A stretch of DNA of 64,000 bases from an uncultured Nitrososphaeraceae archaeon (GTDB lineage: Archaea; Thermoproteota; Nitrososphaeria; Nitrososphaerales; Nitrososphaeraceae), in NCBI GenBank assembly GCA_963825865.1, contig CAWGVG010000008.1:1-64000 (forward strand). The letters are read 5' to 3'. Position numbers and translations under genes: made by a program. Below are positions 50,959 through 62,918 of the stretch, piece by piece; position 1 is the stretch's first letter; the number at the start of each line of letters is the position of its first letter. A model generated the notes under the pieces. The model was given only the letters and a program-made list of their open reading frames with translations, was not told the DNA's origin and searched no databases.

Positions 50959-51551
50959 GGGATCTGTAGTAATATGACATCACCAATGAAGGAAAGAATT
51001 TGACATAGTTAAGTTTTCTCTGAATATATGTCAAAATATTAAACTCAATTTAGTTAGATTATGGTGACAAGGTTAAGACCATAAACGGGGCGCAAGTAAT
51101 AACGAAAGTTACTGTTTATCCATCCATTCAATAAGCCAATTATATTTTGATAACTCATTACCCTCTTTACCAAATTTCTTCAATGTTGCAGCACATTCAG
51201 ATTTTATTTCTCGTCGTTCCACAGTTATTCCAATAGAAGAAAAACTTTTGTTGAAATTGTCGATATGGCAATTCAATACTCCTTCATCGTTAATTGAAAT
51301 TATTCCGGGGTTTATATTAGGCAGGGGACAGACAGATAGACTTAACGATACGGCATAAAAAAACAATTCCTAATTTCTTTTTTTGAATAACAATTTTGGA
51401 TTTGGTGTATTATTATTGTGTCAGAGAATTACCAATTTGTGAGGAATTGCGGTAAGAGAGTATCTATATGCTTATACAGGAATTCTAAAGATACCACCAG
51501 CGCAGTATAAATGATAATAATCAGTGTGGTCAAAATAGCATCTATCACCAT

Positions 51552-52010
51552 ATGCCATATACTCTCTTGTTCGGCAATAATTTTATCTATGAGAGTCCAC
51601 AATCAGTTAGAATTTACGACAAAATTCTCTTTTACCTGAGTGAAGATGATTATGGTCCATATTTGACTACAGAGATATTCGACTCGGGTGGTGAAAATGT
51701 AATAGTCAAAGTAGAAAAAAATACATGTACTTATCTGAATGGAAAAGGATTGATTCAAAAATACAATCAGAGGAATTATATTTTAATAAACAATAAGGAA
51801 GGCGAAAATATAATACAATCGAGAATTTTGGATAAAAAGACCATTCTAGTAAGCGGTATATTTCACTTCAAGGAATTTAAATTAATTGCAACTCAAAATT
51901 ATATCATTTTACCAGATGGAAAAAGAATGATGTACAACAAGGTCAACTCAAAAAATGGTCATGTGATGATAACGGCTGAAAGCATAAGAGCAGAGACAAA
52001 TAGTAGTTAA
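51552..52010 (+). CDS. Hypothetical beta-rich protein
   Basis: Intact-looking 152 aa ORF. Confidence 0.6.
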   Translation: MPYTLLFGNNFIYESPQSVRIYDKILFYLSEDDYGPYLTTEIFDSGGENVIVKVEKNTCTYLNGKGLIQKYNQRNYILINNKEGENIIQSRILDKKTILVSGIFHFKEFKLIATQNYIILPDGKRMMYNKVNSKNGHVMITAESIRAETNSS

Positions 52011-52421
52011 GTCACTGCCAAAGCTCGCCAATACAAACGGCATGTTTTGACGATTCGAAACCAAGACACCTTTCATTTCGTAATAATTATACTTGCCTCT
52101 GAGATTCTGTTGAGATTATGAAAATTTTTGCTCATTATGTAAAAATGGACTATTATCTGGCCTGTCATACTCACCATACCGCCAGAACAACTTCCCTATC
52201 GAAGCTCAGCATTAATCCCCGAGCAGCCTGCAGATGCCGTTGACAATTACAGTTCTTGGTTTGCGTTGAATTAGGATAACAACTCTATCTTTTTGTCCTT
52301 CAACTATACTTGGTAAAGGAAAGTTTTATTCATTTCGTGGCTGGTTTTTTAACCTACCTGTATAGAGTAGTGATCGATAGAATTAAAATCAGACTCACTT
52401 TCACAAGAACTAGGGAAATGC

Positions 52422-52654
52422 ATGGTTCGAGTATTTGTCTCCCATAGTCAGCACGACCACAACATAAAAAATTTCTTTTCCAATATCTTTACACACATTG
52501 GATTACAAGCAAAATACATGGGGTGGGAAGATTTAGACACAAACTACGCCGGAGTTGAGATAACGAGGTACATCCGTGATATAGAGACGGTTGCAGTTTT
52601 TCTATTGTTAGGGAGGAATTTACAATTTCCACCGCCATCGGCTCGTGTATATAC
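52422..52654 (+). pseudogene. TIR-domain gene, N-terminal half, cut by IS
   Basis: MVRVFVSHSQHD...AVFLLLG...VYT followed by the IS left end. Confidence 0.8.
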
Positions 52655-52656
52655 TA

Positions 52657-53699
52657 GATCTCTTGTGTAATTAGAAGCTTAGAGCTATATTCCTCTTCAC
52701 ATAGGATATCTATCTGACAAGCTCTTTGATGTCCTATAGCAAATTATGTAAGAAACCTTTGATATTCAGGTCATTTACCGGAGTAACTGTATCTGAATTT
52801 GAATCCATTTGTAACGAAATTGAACATAACTACGAAGAGCACGAAAGAAGACGTCTTCTATCAAGGACGAGAATACGGGATATAGGTGCTGGTAGACCAT
52901 TTAAGCTTAAAGTTAAAGAAAGATTCGTTATGCTTCTAGTATACTACAGATTATACATTACATATACATTATCAGGATTTCTGTTTGACCTTGATCAAAG
53001 CAATGTTTGTAGAGATATATCAATGATGGAACCACTTATCAAGGAGTGTATTCCATTGCCAAAGAAGATATACAAACGTACTAGGAGATTAAGAACTATA
53101 GATGAAGTAGAAGAGTACTTTCCTGGATTCAAGGCTTTCATAGACTCTACAGAACAAGAAATTCCAAGACCTAAGAACAAAAGAAGAAGGAAGAGTTACT
53201 ATTCAGGTAGAAAGAAGAAACATACTGTCAAGACACAATTGATGGTAAACATGAAGGATTGATACTGCATAAGACAGGTCACAGAAGTGGAAGAAAACAT
53301 GATTATGACATTTACAAACACAATCATTCTATAACTCCATCACAAGTTGAAAACATAGTTGATCTTGGTTATCTTGGCATTGAAAAGGACTTTCCCACTG
53401 TAAAGTCTGTACTTGGTATCAAAAAGAAAAAGGGTACATTGCTTTCATGTGATGAAAGAACTTACAACAAGAATCATTCTAGGCTAAGGATCATAGTAGA
53501 ACATACCATATGTAGGATCAAAAAGTTTGGAATAATGGGTACTAAATTTAGAAACAGATTAAGGAAGTACAATAACGTATCTGATATAATATCCGGTCTC
53601 CTGAACTTCAGAGTTATACAGTCTGACAGCATTTCAATCTAAGAAGACGGCTAAAACAAGTAGGGTGTTAGACTATAGCTCCTAATTACGCAAGAGATC
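52657..53699 (+). mobile_element. IS5-family insertion sequence, copy 2, 1043 bp, inverted relative to copy 1
   Basis: Near-identical to the reverse complement of 30233-31276; 1-nt deletion near 53251 splits the transposase; same IRs. Confidence 0.95.
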
Positions 53700-53700
53700 T

Positions 53701-53800
53701 ATACTAGAACTGCAGACAAGCAGGAGTTTCCGAATCGGCAGCAATTCAGCTAGTTCAATGTCTGCTAGACGCTGGAGTAGTGTTTGTAGATATTGTATAG
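53701..53800 (+). pseudogene. C-terminus of the secreted protein broken at 31279
   Basis: ILELQ/QAGVSESAAIQLVQCLLDAGVVFVDIV*. Confidence 0.7.
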
Positions 53801-54121
53801 ATAAGAACAAGGTAGGATAACCACACAGCAGCAAAAAACAACAATAACCTTCCCTATTTTTTATATTACAGCTATTTCATTCTGTTGCGATTCTGATTGG
53901 CAATGCAATAGGTATCGTATACTTTCCTAAGCTATAGACTAGCAATAGTAGAATCTAGTTATAATTGAATGCTACCAATAATAGGTAAATAAGTAAGAAT
54001 AGTTCATTTCATATTTTTGATAGTTATACTAGATAAGTCTGTAGCAAATTATATGTAATAAATCAGCAGTAAGTTCGCCAAGTCAAATATAGAGATGATA
54101 CTGTAAGTTGTAATATAATAT

Positions 54122-54667
54122 ATGAACAACACAACTACAACTAAACGAAATCTAGCGTTAATAGCTGTATTTCTTGCAGCAACACTAGTAGTAGGAACAC
54201 TAGCAGCAACAACCACAATAGCAACAACACAATCAGCATTGGCTTATCCTCAACAAAAGAAAGACAACAGGAAAGATGGTGGTAATGGAAATGGCAACAC
54301 GATTACCATTCAGAAATGTAAACAAGCGAGCAACACAGAGTGGATGGGATAACGACCAACAGCAAGAATGTGAAAATCTGATATGTCACTCATCCAGGTG
54401 AAAATGCAACCTGTACACAAGAAGGAGCAGGCAGCACAAACACAAACACCAACACCAACAGTAACTCCAACACCATGCAATCCTTCTACCGTTGGCGGAC
54501 AGATAGCAACACGTTCTGACGGCACATGTGCAGCATCAATACCCCGTAGCGCAGACCCAGAGGCAATCCGTATTTTTGAGGATCAATGCTTAAGTATACC
54601 AGGAGCTACCATCGTTGTGAGAGACGCTGCTGTGACGTGTTTATTCGAATCAACACCACCAGCATAA
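54122..54667 (+). CDS. Modular secreted protein (three +1 slips, net in frame)
   Basis: Signal peptide ...SALA-Y; GNGNGNTITIQKCKQA/ATQSGWDNDQQQECENLIC/THPGENATCTQEGA; PT linker; small four-Cys domain. Confidence 0.75.
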
Positions 54668-54879
54668 GCATAAATCCAATAGCTGAAAATACACACAACT
54701 CAGCCTTTCTTATTTTTTGCTAATCTCTTTACTTACATATCTATGCTAGTACTACTACATTTATCATCGGTTGGTGTTTTAAAATCGAACTGCTGCATTT
54801 CATGATGATTGATCGAGATTCGTTTACACGCTATTAATCCAGCATCCACGAGGATGCACAACTGAAAGCGCACGGTCAG

Positions 54880-55715
54880 CTATCACCAGATTATCAGAGC
54901 AAGATGACCGGCGATAGCAGTAAACAGCATCTCATGACAATAATAATCAGCCTACTAGTAGCAGTAGTAGTAGTAAGAGTCATGGTACTGAAGCAGGCGG
55001 CAATTCTGCTGGTAATAACCAGCTTACCGGTGGTACCAACGATAAAAACGGTCCTAGTACCTGATATAGGAAGTAACATAAACAATCCATTTACTGGTGG
55101 TATTAGCAATGGTCCTAGTCCTGATGTAGGCGGCAGTACGAACAATCTTGCACAAGCTGGTGGCAGCAGCGATAACAAACCATTTACCGGTGGCAACGAC
55201 AACAATCCTAGTACTAACGTAGGCAGACGGCACAAACAGTCCCAATCTTGGATTGGCCGGTAGTAACAATCCTGGTACTGATGTAGGCGGCAGTACGAAC
55301 AATCCAGCAGGTACTGGTACAAGTTCTGATGTAGGCGGCAGTTCCAAAGATGGTGGTATCTCTTGGAGGATTCAGTGCTCAACGTAGCACTAGTTCTGAC
55401 ATAGGTACCAGCGAGCGATAGCAATCTATTCTCCGGTAGTAGTGAGGTCGGCGAGCACCAAGAAAAAGAGCGGTGGCAGCGATGATTCTTCATCTTTAAC
55501 TGGTCGTGGAGATAACAACCTGTTTAGTACCTACTAGGTACTGAAGGCCATAGTAAGAAAAAGAGCGGTGGCTAACAGCAGTCATAGCAGTAAAGGCGAG
55601 CAGTGACAGCGGTGGAGATGAAAGCAGTCATAGCAGTAAAGGCGAGCAGTGACAGCGGTGGAGATGAAAGCAGTCATAGCAGTAAAGGCAGCAGGCCACA
55701 GCAGTGACGACTGAG
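54880..55715 (+). pseudogene. Ser/Gly/Asn-rich low-complexity repeat protein, heavily frameshifted, no visible start
   Basis: Repeated PDVGGSTNN / NPFTGG units; GATGTAGGCGGCAGT occurs three times. Confidence 0.55.
55577..55689. repeat. 46-bp tandem repeat, ~2.5 copies
   Basis: AGCAGTCATAGCAGTAAAGGCGAGCAGTGACAGCGGTGGAGATGAA starting at 55577, 55623 and (partial) 55669. Confidence 0.9.
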
Positions 55716-55818
55716 TGAATTAGAACTCTATCATAAATTTATCTGAACTTATCATCCGACAGTTATATGAAATAAGTCAGCATTAACTTACTCACTTCAA
55801 GCCAGGCTACTGTAGCTG

Positions 55819-56297
55819 TTATTGAATCCTTTGTCTTTGTCTTGTACGCTCAATTAGATTCATCAACTGATAGCCATACTCAAGGTTATGCTTAACATGA
55901 TTAATACCATGTGAAGCATCAGGTATGAATTTATTGTCAAGAATATTTTCAATATAGGTTCGAGCTCTTATTATAGAGTTAGCAGCCCGTGTAAGTTGAT
56001 GAGATTTAAGCTTTCTTCCTAGCTCTATTTGTATTTCTTTTTTAAATTGTTCTTGTGAGCCTTCTTCTTTTTTTGTTATTAGTTTGCTATAGTGCTGTAA
56101 TCTACTATAGTTGCGGCATAATCACTTATCTTCCTTAGGTCTAAATCTTGCAATTTCGCAAGTGATTCTTGTATCTCTTTTCTTTCTCTATTTGTTATTT
56201 GGGAAAGACTTTCAACAAGGTCATTCTTTGATAGTAGGATTTTCTCCTTATGTATAGCGGCGCCTGTAGTTGCTGTTGCTGATGGTTCTTCGGCCAT
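55819..56297 (-). pseudogene. Hypothetical protein with HD-domain-like N-terminal His motif, frameshifted
   Basis: After the 72 aa ORF a shifted frame gives ...FIPDASHGINHVKHNLEYGYQLM... Confidence 0.45.
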
Positions 56298-56359
56298 TGT
56301 TGTTTGCTGTTGCTTCTTTCTTGATTGATAGTATCTCTCAATATCAATAAGATTTACTT

Positions 56360-56755
56360 TTATACCTTTAGTCGGTTAATAATAGACATAATATCTACGA
56401 TAATCCCTGGATAATTTAGCTTTAAAATATCACTAACGCTTTCATAGTTTTCCATAATATCTCTATAAATCTTGAAAATTAAATTGTCTATTATTCCTGA
56501 ACTCATTCTTTTGTCTTCTATACCTTTTGCAGATAACGTCAGAAAGTCAGACAATTGTGATTGAGTAAAGACATAGGAAGTTAGTGAGGAATATGCATTT
56601 GCTATAATCCTCATAGCACTAATCCATTCATTACTGACATTTGTAGAATCCAATCGATCTTTTTGTACAAGTTCCAATGCATTCCTATAAATTTCGTTAT
56701 CTTTTTCTATCTTTAATATATTAAGACAATAAAGTAGCGTTTCCATGAGTGACAT
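56360..56755 (-). CDS. Hypothetical helical protein
   Basis: 131 aa intact-looking ORF. Confidence 0.55.
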   Translation of the reverse strand: MSLMETLLYCLNILKIEKDNEIYRNALELVQKDRLDSTNVSNEWISAMRIIANAYSSLTSYVFTQSQLSDFLTLSAKGIEDKRMSSGIIDNLIFKIYRDIMENYESVSDILKLNYPGIIVDIMSIINRLKV

Positions 56756-56831
56756 ACCTCAATAATATATGATATTCAGACCTTTATCCTTCGAATACAA
56801 ATGTCTTTGATTATAGTAGTATGCTACTTTT

Positions 56832-57270
56832 CTAATCATATGTCCTAGAACTACCTTCTTTCTTAGTTAATGGTGAAATTGACACTCCTGTAGCATAATT
56901 GAGGGGGTGATGGCACTTACAGTTATGATTACCATAACCATGTACTGAAAATTTATGATGGCATGTACCGATAGCTGCAGATTGGTTCGGTTTGTTGACC
57001 ATATACATCAATAACTTTTGTTTGCTGGTGTTGCAATGATGATGGTGATGATTGTTCTACTATTTTTGTAACAGTCTGTGGATATTTCTCTAAAAATCCA
57101 GAGTGAGCAGTAGTTGATAAGGGCTGTGATTCAACTTTCTCCAATTCCTCTTTCTGCCAGTGGCAGCTGTAACAATACCCGCACTTGACGCATGTAAATT
57201 GTGTTCTAATTTTACAAGAAATGCATTCTTTGTAAGTTGCTACAAGAGTATCTCTTAGATAATTATGCAA
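56832..57270 (-). CDS. Cys/His-rich Zn-finger protein (frameshift near 56970)
   Basis: CISC, CVKCGYCYSCH, ICSYR/TCHHKFSVHG...CKCHHP. Confidence 0.65.
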
Positions 57271-58115
57271 AATATGACTATGCTCCTGATTACTTATTTT
57301 GCATCACCATCCACTACTAAACTTACAATCCGCGCTCCTACAGATTTTGGTTGATTCGAAGCTCTGCTGTATAACCACTTTCTGGTCTTACTTTGACTGC
57401 ATAAACTCTTACTGGAATATTGACCAGTACAACTACCAATACAATTATACTTCTTTTCCACGTATATAGAAAAGTAAGAGGCTCAGCCATTGCCGTCCTC
57501 CTGCTCGCTATCTACCTTTCTTAGCCCTTCAGGTCGATATGATAGACTTAAAATAATATACAAAGAAGTAAAAAAATAAAAGAATATACAATTGGAATAT
57601 CGATGAGATATGATCTCTATATATCGCGTTGTGATCTATACTTTTCATGTTGTAACCAATATTTGTAAAATCTAACAGCTCTGTCAATTCATTAAAAGCG
57701 ACAAGTTACATTCTTGACAAAAGTAGCACAGACTATCAAAATTAGAGGATAACACCATTATATCATAACAGCGAGGACATTCGATTTCCTGCTCTAGATC
57801 TTGGAGGATTTTCTTTTCTCCCTTGTCATCCTCAGTTTCTTTCTCATATTGCAAAAGGTTAGAATCGACTTGTTGCTGTTGTTGTTGTGGATGCTGCCAA
57901 TAGCAATTTCTTGCTCCTCATTTTTTTGACTAGCATAGATCAGGTCGAGTTGCTATTATATCCTGAAACACCGTAAGGGGAGGGAGTCTCTATTTGTATT
58001 ATACCCAATCTACGATGTATATTACGATTCAAGTACCTCTCTCTCCCTGTCCCAAAGTCGACTTCCTCGGTTATATGCAAGACAAAGATAATGGATCAAG
58101 AGGTCAACAGTAGTC

Positions 58116-58378
58116 ATGTCTCATGTCAGTGATTTGCGGCTAGAGGACCTACCGGGTGTTGAACCATATTTGATAAATAAACTAAAAAGAGCTGGCATAC
58201 AATCAGTTTTAGACCTTGCTGTATCAATCCCCCATGAGCTTTCAGAAGGAGGAGGAGGCGGCTATATCGATGACAATAACATCGCTATTACATCTGACAT
58301 AGAGACAATATCACAACTTGTAAACAAGGCCAAAAAAGCCCTTATAGATTCTGGAGTCCTTAACAAGGAATTCTGCAC
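58116..58378 (+). pseudogene. RadA paralog, N-terminal HhH domain only
   Basis: LEDLPGVEPYLINKLKRAGIQSVLDLAVSIPHEL...AKKALIDSGVLNKEFCT; ATPase domain absent. Confidence 0.75.
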
Positions 58379-58531
58379 GCGCTGAAGAGTTCCTTCAGTT
58401 CCTTTTATTGGTGAAAACATATGCGCCATCTTCTGAGACGAAGCGCTGTGCCGTGGCAAGGCCTATGCCAGTGCTTCCTCCTGTGATGACTGCAACTTTT
58501 CCGTCAAGTCGTTTTGTAATTAATTCAGTTT
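58379..58531 (-). pseudogene. SDR oxidoreductase, N-terminal fragment
   Basis: Hand translation [34 protein letters not shown]. Confidence 0.85.
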
Positions 58532-58535
58532 GCGC

Positions 58536-60793
58536 TTATTCAGTTCTTATATTAGGTACGTATTTGCCAGTATGCTTCCAAATAAAGGAATCATGAGTAC
58601 TCTCACTATTTCTTACAGCCCAAAAATCATAATCTCCATACTTCCTATCTCCAAACTGGTTTAAAGTTGTATTGCCTGTGATTCCTTGATACGATTGAGC
58701 TATCTTCACAATTGTATTTTTCAAGTAATTAATATCATGTGTAGCTTTGGTATCATTCTCGGCTAGCGCTGCTACCCATAATGTATCATAGGCAACACTA
58801 GCATAAGATCTAGGTGTTCTTTCTATCTGTTCATGGATCTGAGCTTCTACATGTTTGAGCCTTTCGTCGTTATCATCTTCAACTGCGAAAATTGCAGTTG
58901 TAAAATTCGTCTTTACTGCAAATGCTGCAGCTTCGGAATTTCTTATAAGTTTGTTATTTAGTGATTCCTTGTCACTACCAAACCATTTTACTTTTGAAAG
59001 CGTAGGATGGTTTTGCGCTTGGATAAAAATAGGCGCAATTTCATCAAATGCTACAGAGTATACTCCAACCTTGTCTATACCATACTGAGATATAGCTTGG
59101 TTTACCTTCGAGTCCAAAGCCTTCAAATCTTGGTCCCAAACTATAAAGTTTATTCTATTAAGACTAGCAGCAAAATCACCCGTATTTGGTATATATCCAA
59201 CTCCATCAGCAACTTTGCCACCTAGCTCTTGAAGACTATGTTTTGTTGCTTTAACTAAATCATTTCCATAAACATCAGTCCTCCAAAACGGTATTACTAC
59301 TCTTATTCCATCAGCCATCATCAGCTTTGATATTGCTTGAGCTTGATGAGTGTCATCTGGCACAAATCTGAACACATTGTTTCCTTTTATAGCTAAAGAG
59401 GAAGCAGTACTTGATGGACTAATTAACACTATTCCATTTTTATCAGCATAGTCTTGAGTAGCTTTTAGATCTTCGCTTGTTGCAGGGCCGATAACTATGT
59501 TTATACCTTTTGCTGCTAAATGCTTTAGCTTTTCTAAGCTAACTGATGGATTTGTTTGTGTGTCTTCTATAATCAGCTCAATACCAATATTTGAATGGGT
59601 CTTGAAAAGATATTCATTGATATCTTTAGTTGCAATCTTTAGTGCCGCCCCCTCTGATTCACCCAAAGATGAAGATACACCCGTTAAGGGAAGAAGAGCA
59701 CCTATTTTCACTGTTTGCTGCTTTCAAAGCACCAGCCGGAGCTGGTAGTATTATCTCAGAATTTGGGTTAGAAAACAGGAAAAATGGTGAGGATGAATAT
59801 AAAGAGAAATAAACTCCAATTGCTACAGCAACAACTACTATAGTGGCTATAGCCATAAGCGCTATGTGGCTAATTTTCTTATGGGTTTTTTCTTCTGATT
59901 TATGCTTGTCAGTGTAGCCACCTCTCGGGGCAATAATTGATGTCTCTATTTGTTCTGACCTACGGCGTTCATCAATGCTTGGTTGACCGTGTGTTAGCAG
60001 AAATTTCACATACCATAATAATCCTGCAGCTATAACCAAATAATGGGCTGCAAAAAATATGGAAGATAACCAAAACTGCTCTACTATTGACGTGAGAACA
60101 ACGACTGCAAACCAACTATCAGATATAGCAATTAAAAATAAACCTAAGGATTCACATATCCAAGGTGTGAACCACAATGGCTCCTTTCTAAAGTTTAACA
60201 AAATTACTATTGCAGGAACCATTAATACTGCATCCATAATTGGGTAGGCGATTATGACTGCAAACATAGCAATACCCCTTGCAGAGGATAAAACAGATAG
60301 ACCTATGGTAAGAGCAATAATATATGTAAGAAATATTCCACAACCAATTATACTTGCGACTAGAATTTTACTGCTAAATTTGAATTTCTTATGGAATTCA
60401 ATGTATGTGGCATACAGATAATACGCAAGGAATCCATAAGCAGACAACCAGACAAAATCTGCTGGAGATGGAACAGGCGGGACTATTTCTAAGACAATCT
60501 CATATGTTGCCCATATAATGTCAGCACAAAGCCAAAGTGACAATCCTATTGCAAGAGCTAAATGACTTTTGTTATGATGGTCTTGTGGATGATGGCTGCG
60601 TTGCTCGCATATGTCTGTATACTACAAATATAGCGAGCGCGGCTGCAGTGGACGCATTAATGCCTATTATCCAACTTGAATAGAAAGCTTTTGTTTTTAT
60701 CTCAGCAAAATAAATGAACGAATCTGAAATAATAATGGCCAAAACTAACCCAAGGAAGAGGCTTTTTCTGGTAAGTTTTATATCACAATTCAC
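58536..60793 (-). CDS. Multi-TM membrane domain fused to type I periplasmic-binding (LivJ-like) domain; two frameshifts
   Basis: 7-8 TM helices (PSPADFVWL, AYPIMD, ISDSWF) then KIGALLPLTG, IGPATS, ISPSSTA, FRFVPDD, AYDTLW, GITG. Confidence 0.8.
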
Positions 60794-61159
60794 TACTCCA
60801 GCGGTCTACCAATGCTCATGCATGTCAATGTTGCAGGTAAAAGATATAAAATTTGTTATTTATGGAGTAAGCTTTGAACAATCGGACGTGAATACTCTTA
60901 TCACACAATATGAAACATTTGAAAAGAAAGAAATTTGTATTTAGTGTTGACATACGGCTGTATATCGAAATACAGCTTTGATACGGTAAATATTTTAATC
61001 TAACATCATTTTATGCTTTGTGTTGTATTATTCCATGTTGAGCTAACGTCATTTTTTGTATGGCTCCAAAAAAAGCCGTAACAATAGACTCCTACTGTTT
61101 CTTTTGCTCTCAATTGTGTGCGCATTTTCATTTGTTAGTATATAAAATGTTAAAATACT

Positions 61160-61225
61160 TTCTTTTGAACATAAAGGGAGTTAGTATATTGAAAGCTATA
61201 GGTTTAACCTTAAGTGAACAGAGCC
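61160..61225 (-). mobile_element. IS6 left-end remnant
   Basis: rc GGCTCTGTTCACTTAAG... followed by ATGTTCAAAAGA (MFKR, cf. MFERNR of the IS6 transposase). Confidence 0.5.
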
Positions 61226-61292
61226 AAAATAGCCGCTGAAGAAGTGCTTAAGTCAATAGCTGAAGGTATCAATACCAGGCTCCTTTTGTATC

Positions 61293-61895
61293 TTGGACAT
61301 GACATCAAATTCTGACGTTTTTCTTGCAGATAAAGTAGGATTCTTCTTTGGTGCTGGAGCTTCTAAGGAATTCAGCATTCCTCAGATGACGAAACTAACT
61401 CTAGAGTTTTCTGAGCATATAAAGAAAGGACCTTCTGATCAGAGGAAACTATTTCTTGAGATTTATAATATGTTAGAAGGCATATATGGAAATAATAATG
61501 TCGACCTTGAGGCTATAATGTCAGTTATTGATGGTTTAAAAGAAAAAGAACACCTAAGAGAAAATGTTGGAGACCTAGGAGTTTTTTTCTCAGTCAGAAG
61601 GGAATTAATGATGCTCGAAAAAAAGTAAAGAAATATTCTGTTAGGGTGTTGAATGCGCTCGAAGATGCATTTAAGATGTTCATAAGAGATAAGGTTGTTT
61701 TACATACTCAAGGGATAGATCGACTTAGAGAAGTATATCATGATTTTTTTAGGCAATTATCCAACGTGACATACCCTAGCATAACAAAACCGGAATCCAA
61801 TCCACAGCTTTATGTTAATGAGAAGCGCGTCTTTTTTACAACGAACTATGATAACGCTATTGAAGATTATTGGGTAAACTTCAGAAAATACAATT
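61293..61895 (+). pseudogene. SIR2-like (SIR2_2) protein, N-terminal part
   Basis: GFFFGAGAS..IP and FFTTNYDNAIE; the LHG motif half is missing. Confidence 0.8.
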
Positions 61896-62126
61896 TGGAC
61901 CAGGGCAGCTAAAGACAGAATTGAAGCAGAACGACTAAAGATTGAAGCAAGCATTGCTATCGCAAAATTGGAAGTGGAGGGCACCACAATCACACAGGTT
62001 AACCAATATGGACATGAAGACAAAGATACAGCTGCAACAATCTTAACTTAATTGAAAACTAGTTTAAGAAGCTCTGGAAAAGACAACATTAGAAGTAATT
62101 TTATCTGGTATTAAAATCATGAGTAT

Positions 62127-62429
62127 GAATGGATTGAAGAATCACATCTTGAATCAAAAAACGTAGTAATAAACGTTAAATGTGGCATTCACACCGGTGA
62201 TTCATTATTTGGTATACTGGAAACGGATTATAGAAACCAAATAACTGTGATAGGACAGACGGTAAATTTCGCAAGTAGATTAGAAGGTAAGGCGGAAAAC
62301 GATCAAATTCTGATCTCTGGTCAAACCAAAGAAAAGGTTGAAGGTATATTCACTTTCAATGAAAAAGTAGTTGAGATCCAATCATGGGGAAAAGTTAAAG
62401 TCTATTTTGTAACTGGTAAGAAAAAGTAG
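62127..62429 (+). pseudogene. Class III nucleotide cyclase, C-terminal fragment
   Basis: KCGIHTGD...QITVIGQTVNFASRLEGKA..QILIS. Confidence 0.85.
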
Positions 62430-62918
62430 CTGACAGTCTTAGAACTTCACTTGGTGTTTTGTAATATCAAATTTATCGCTCCTCTGATCCCTATGACTTA
62501 CAAATGAACAGTTCATACGATTATTTCTAAATCTATCTATTTTGCGTTTTTGATAGAGATATGCTATTATAATGTCTTACAAAGGTTTGAATTCATTACA
62601 GTCTTTTTCTTATTTTTACCTTAATACTATTGCCTTCAACTTTAGTTTCATATGCTGGTTGATCATATGTCTTTATTGAGATATCGAGCTGACCTACCAC
62701 ATTCTTATAGCTATAAAGAGGAAATGCATAAAGCTTTCTTTTACATATAGGATTTTAGAGGGCAAAGGAACTATAGTGGATTTGCAACATACGTTGTGCG
62801 TGAAAATTGAAAGCTTCTACGAAGAAATTGATTATTACTATACAGCAAGGAGTTCCAAAAGAAGACTAAACAGATGAAAAAGAAGAATAATGAGCCAAAA
62901 ATGTTTTCTACTAAGAGC

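Noticed and set aside
53240-53265. Programmed frameshift in IS copy 2
   Set aside because: Copy 1 is a single ORF; copy 2 simply lacks one base (AACAGTGAA versus AACATGAA).
52650-53706. Apparent 7-bp target duplication TATACTA around IS copy 2
   Set aside because: Copy 1 has no such duplication, and the coding sequences on the flanks match across copies rather than within copy 2; a TA duplication restores both frames. The match is unlikely by chance, so it stays a caveat.
55577-55689. Possible CRISPR array
   Set aside because: Head-to-tail identical units without unique spacers, inside a low-complexity gene; no cas genes.
60956-60976. Hairpin GCTGTAT-N6-ATACAGC
   Set aside because: Single short palindrome, not repeated and without interpretable context.
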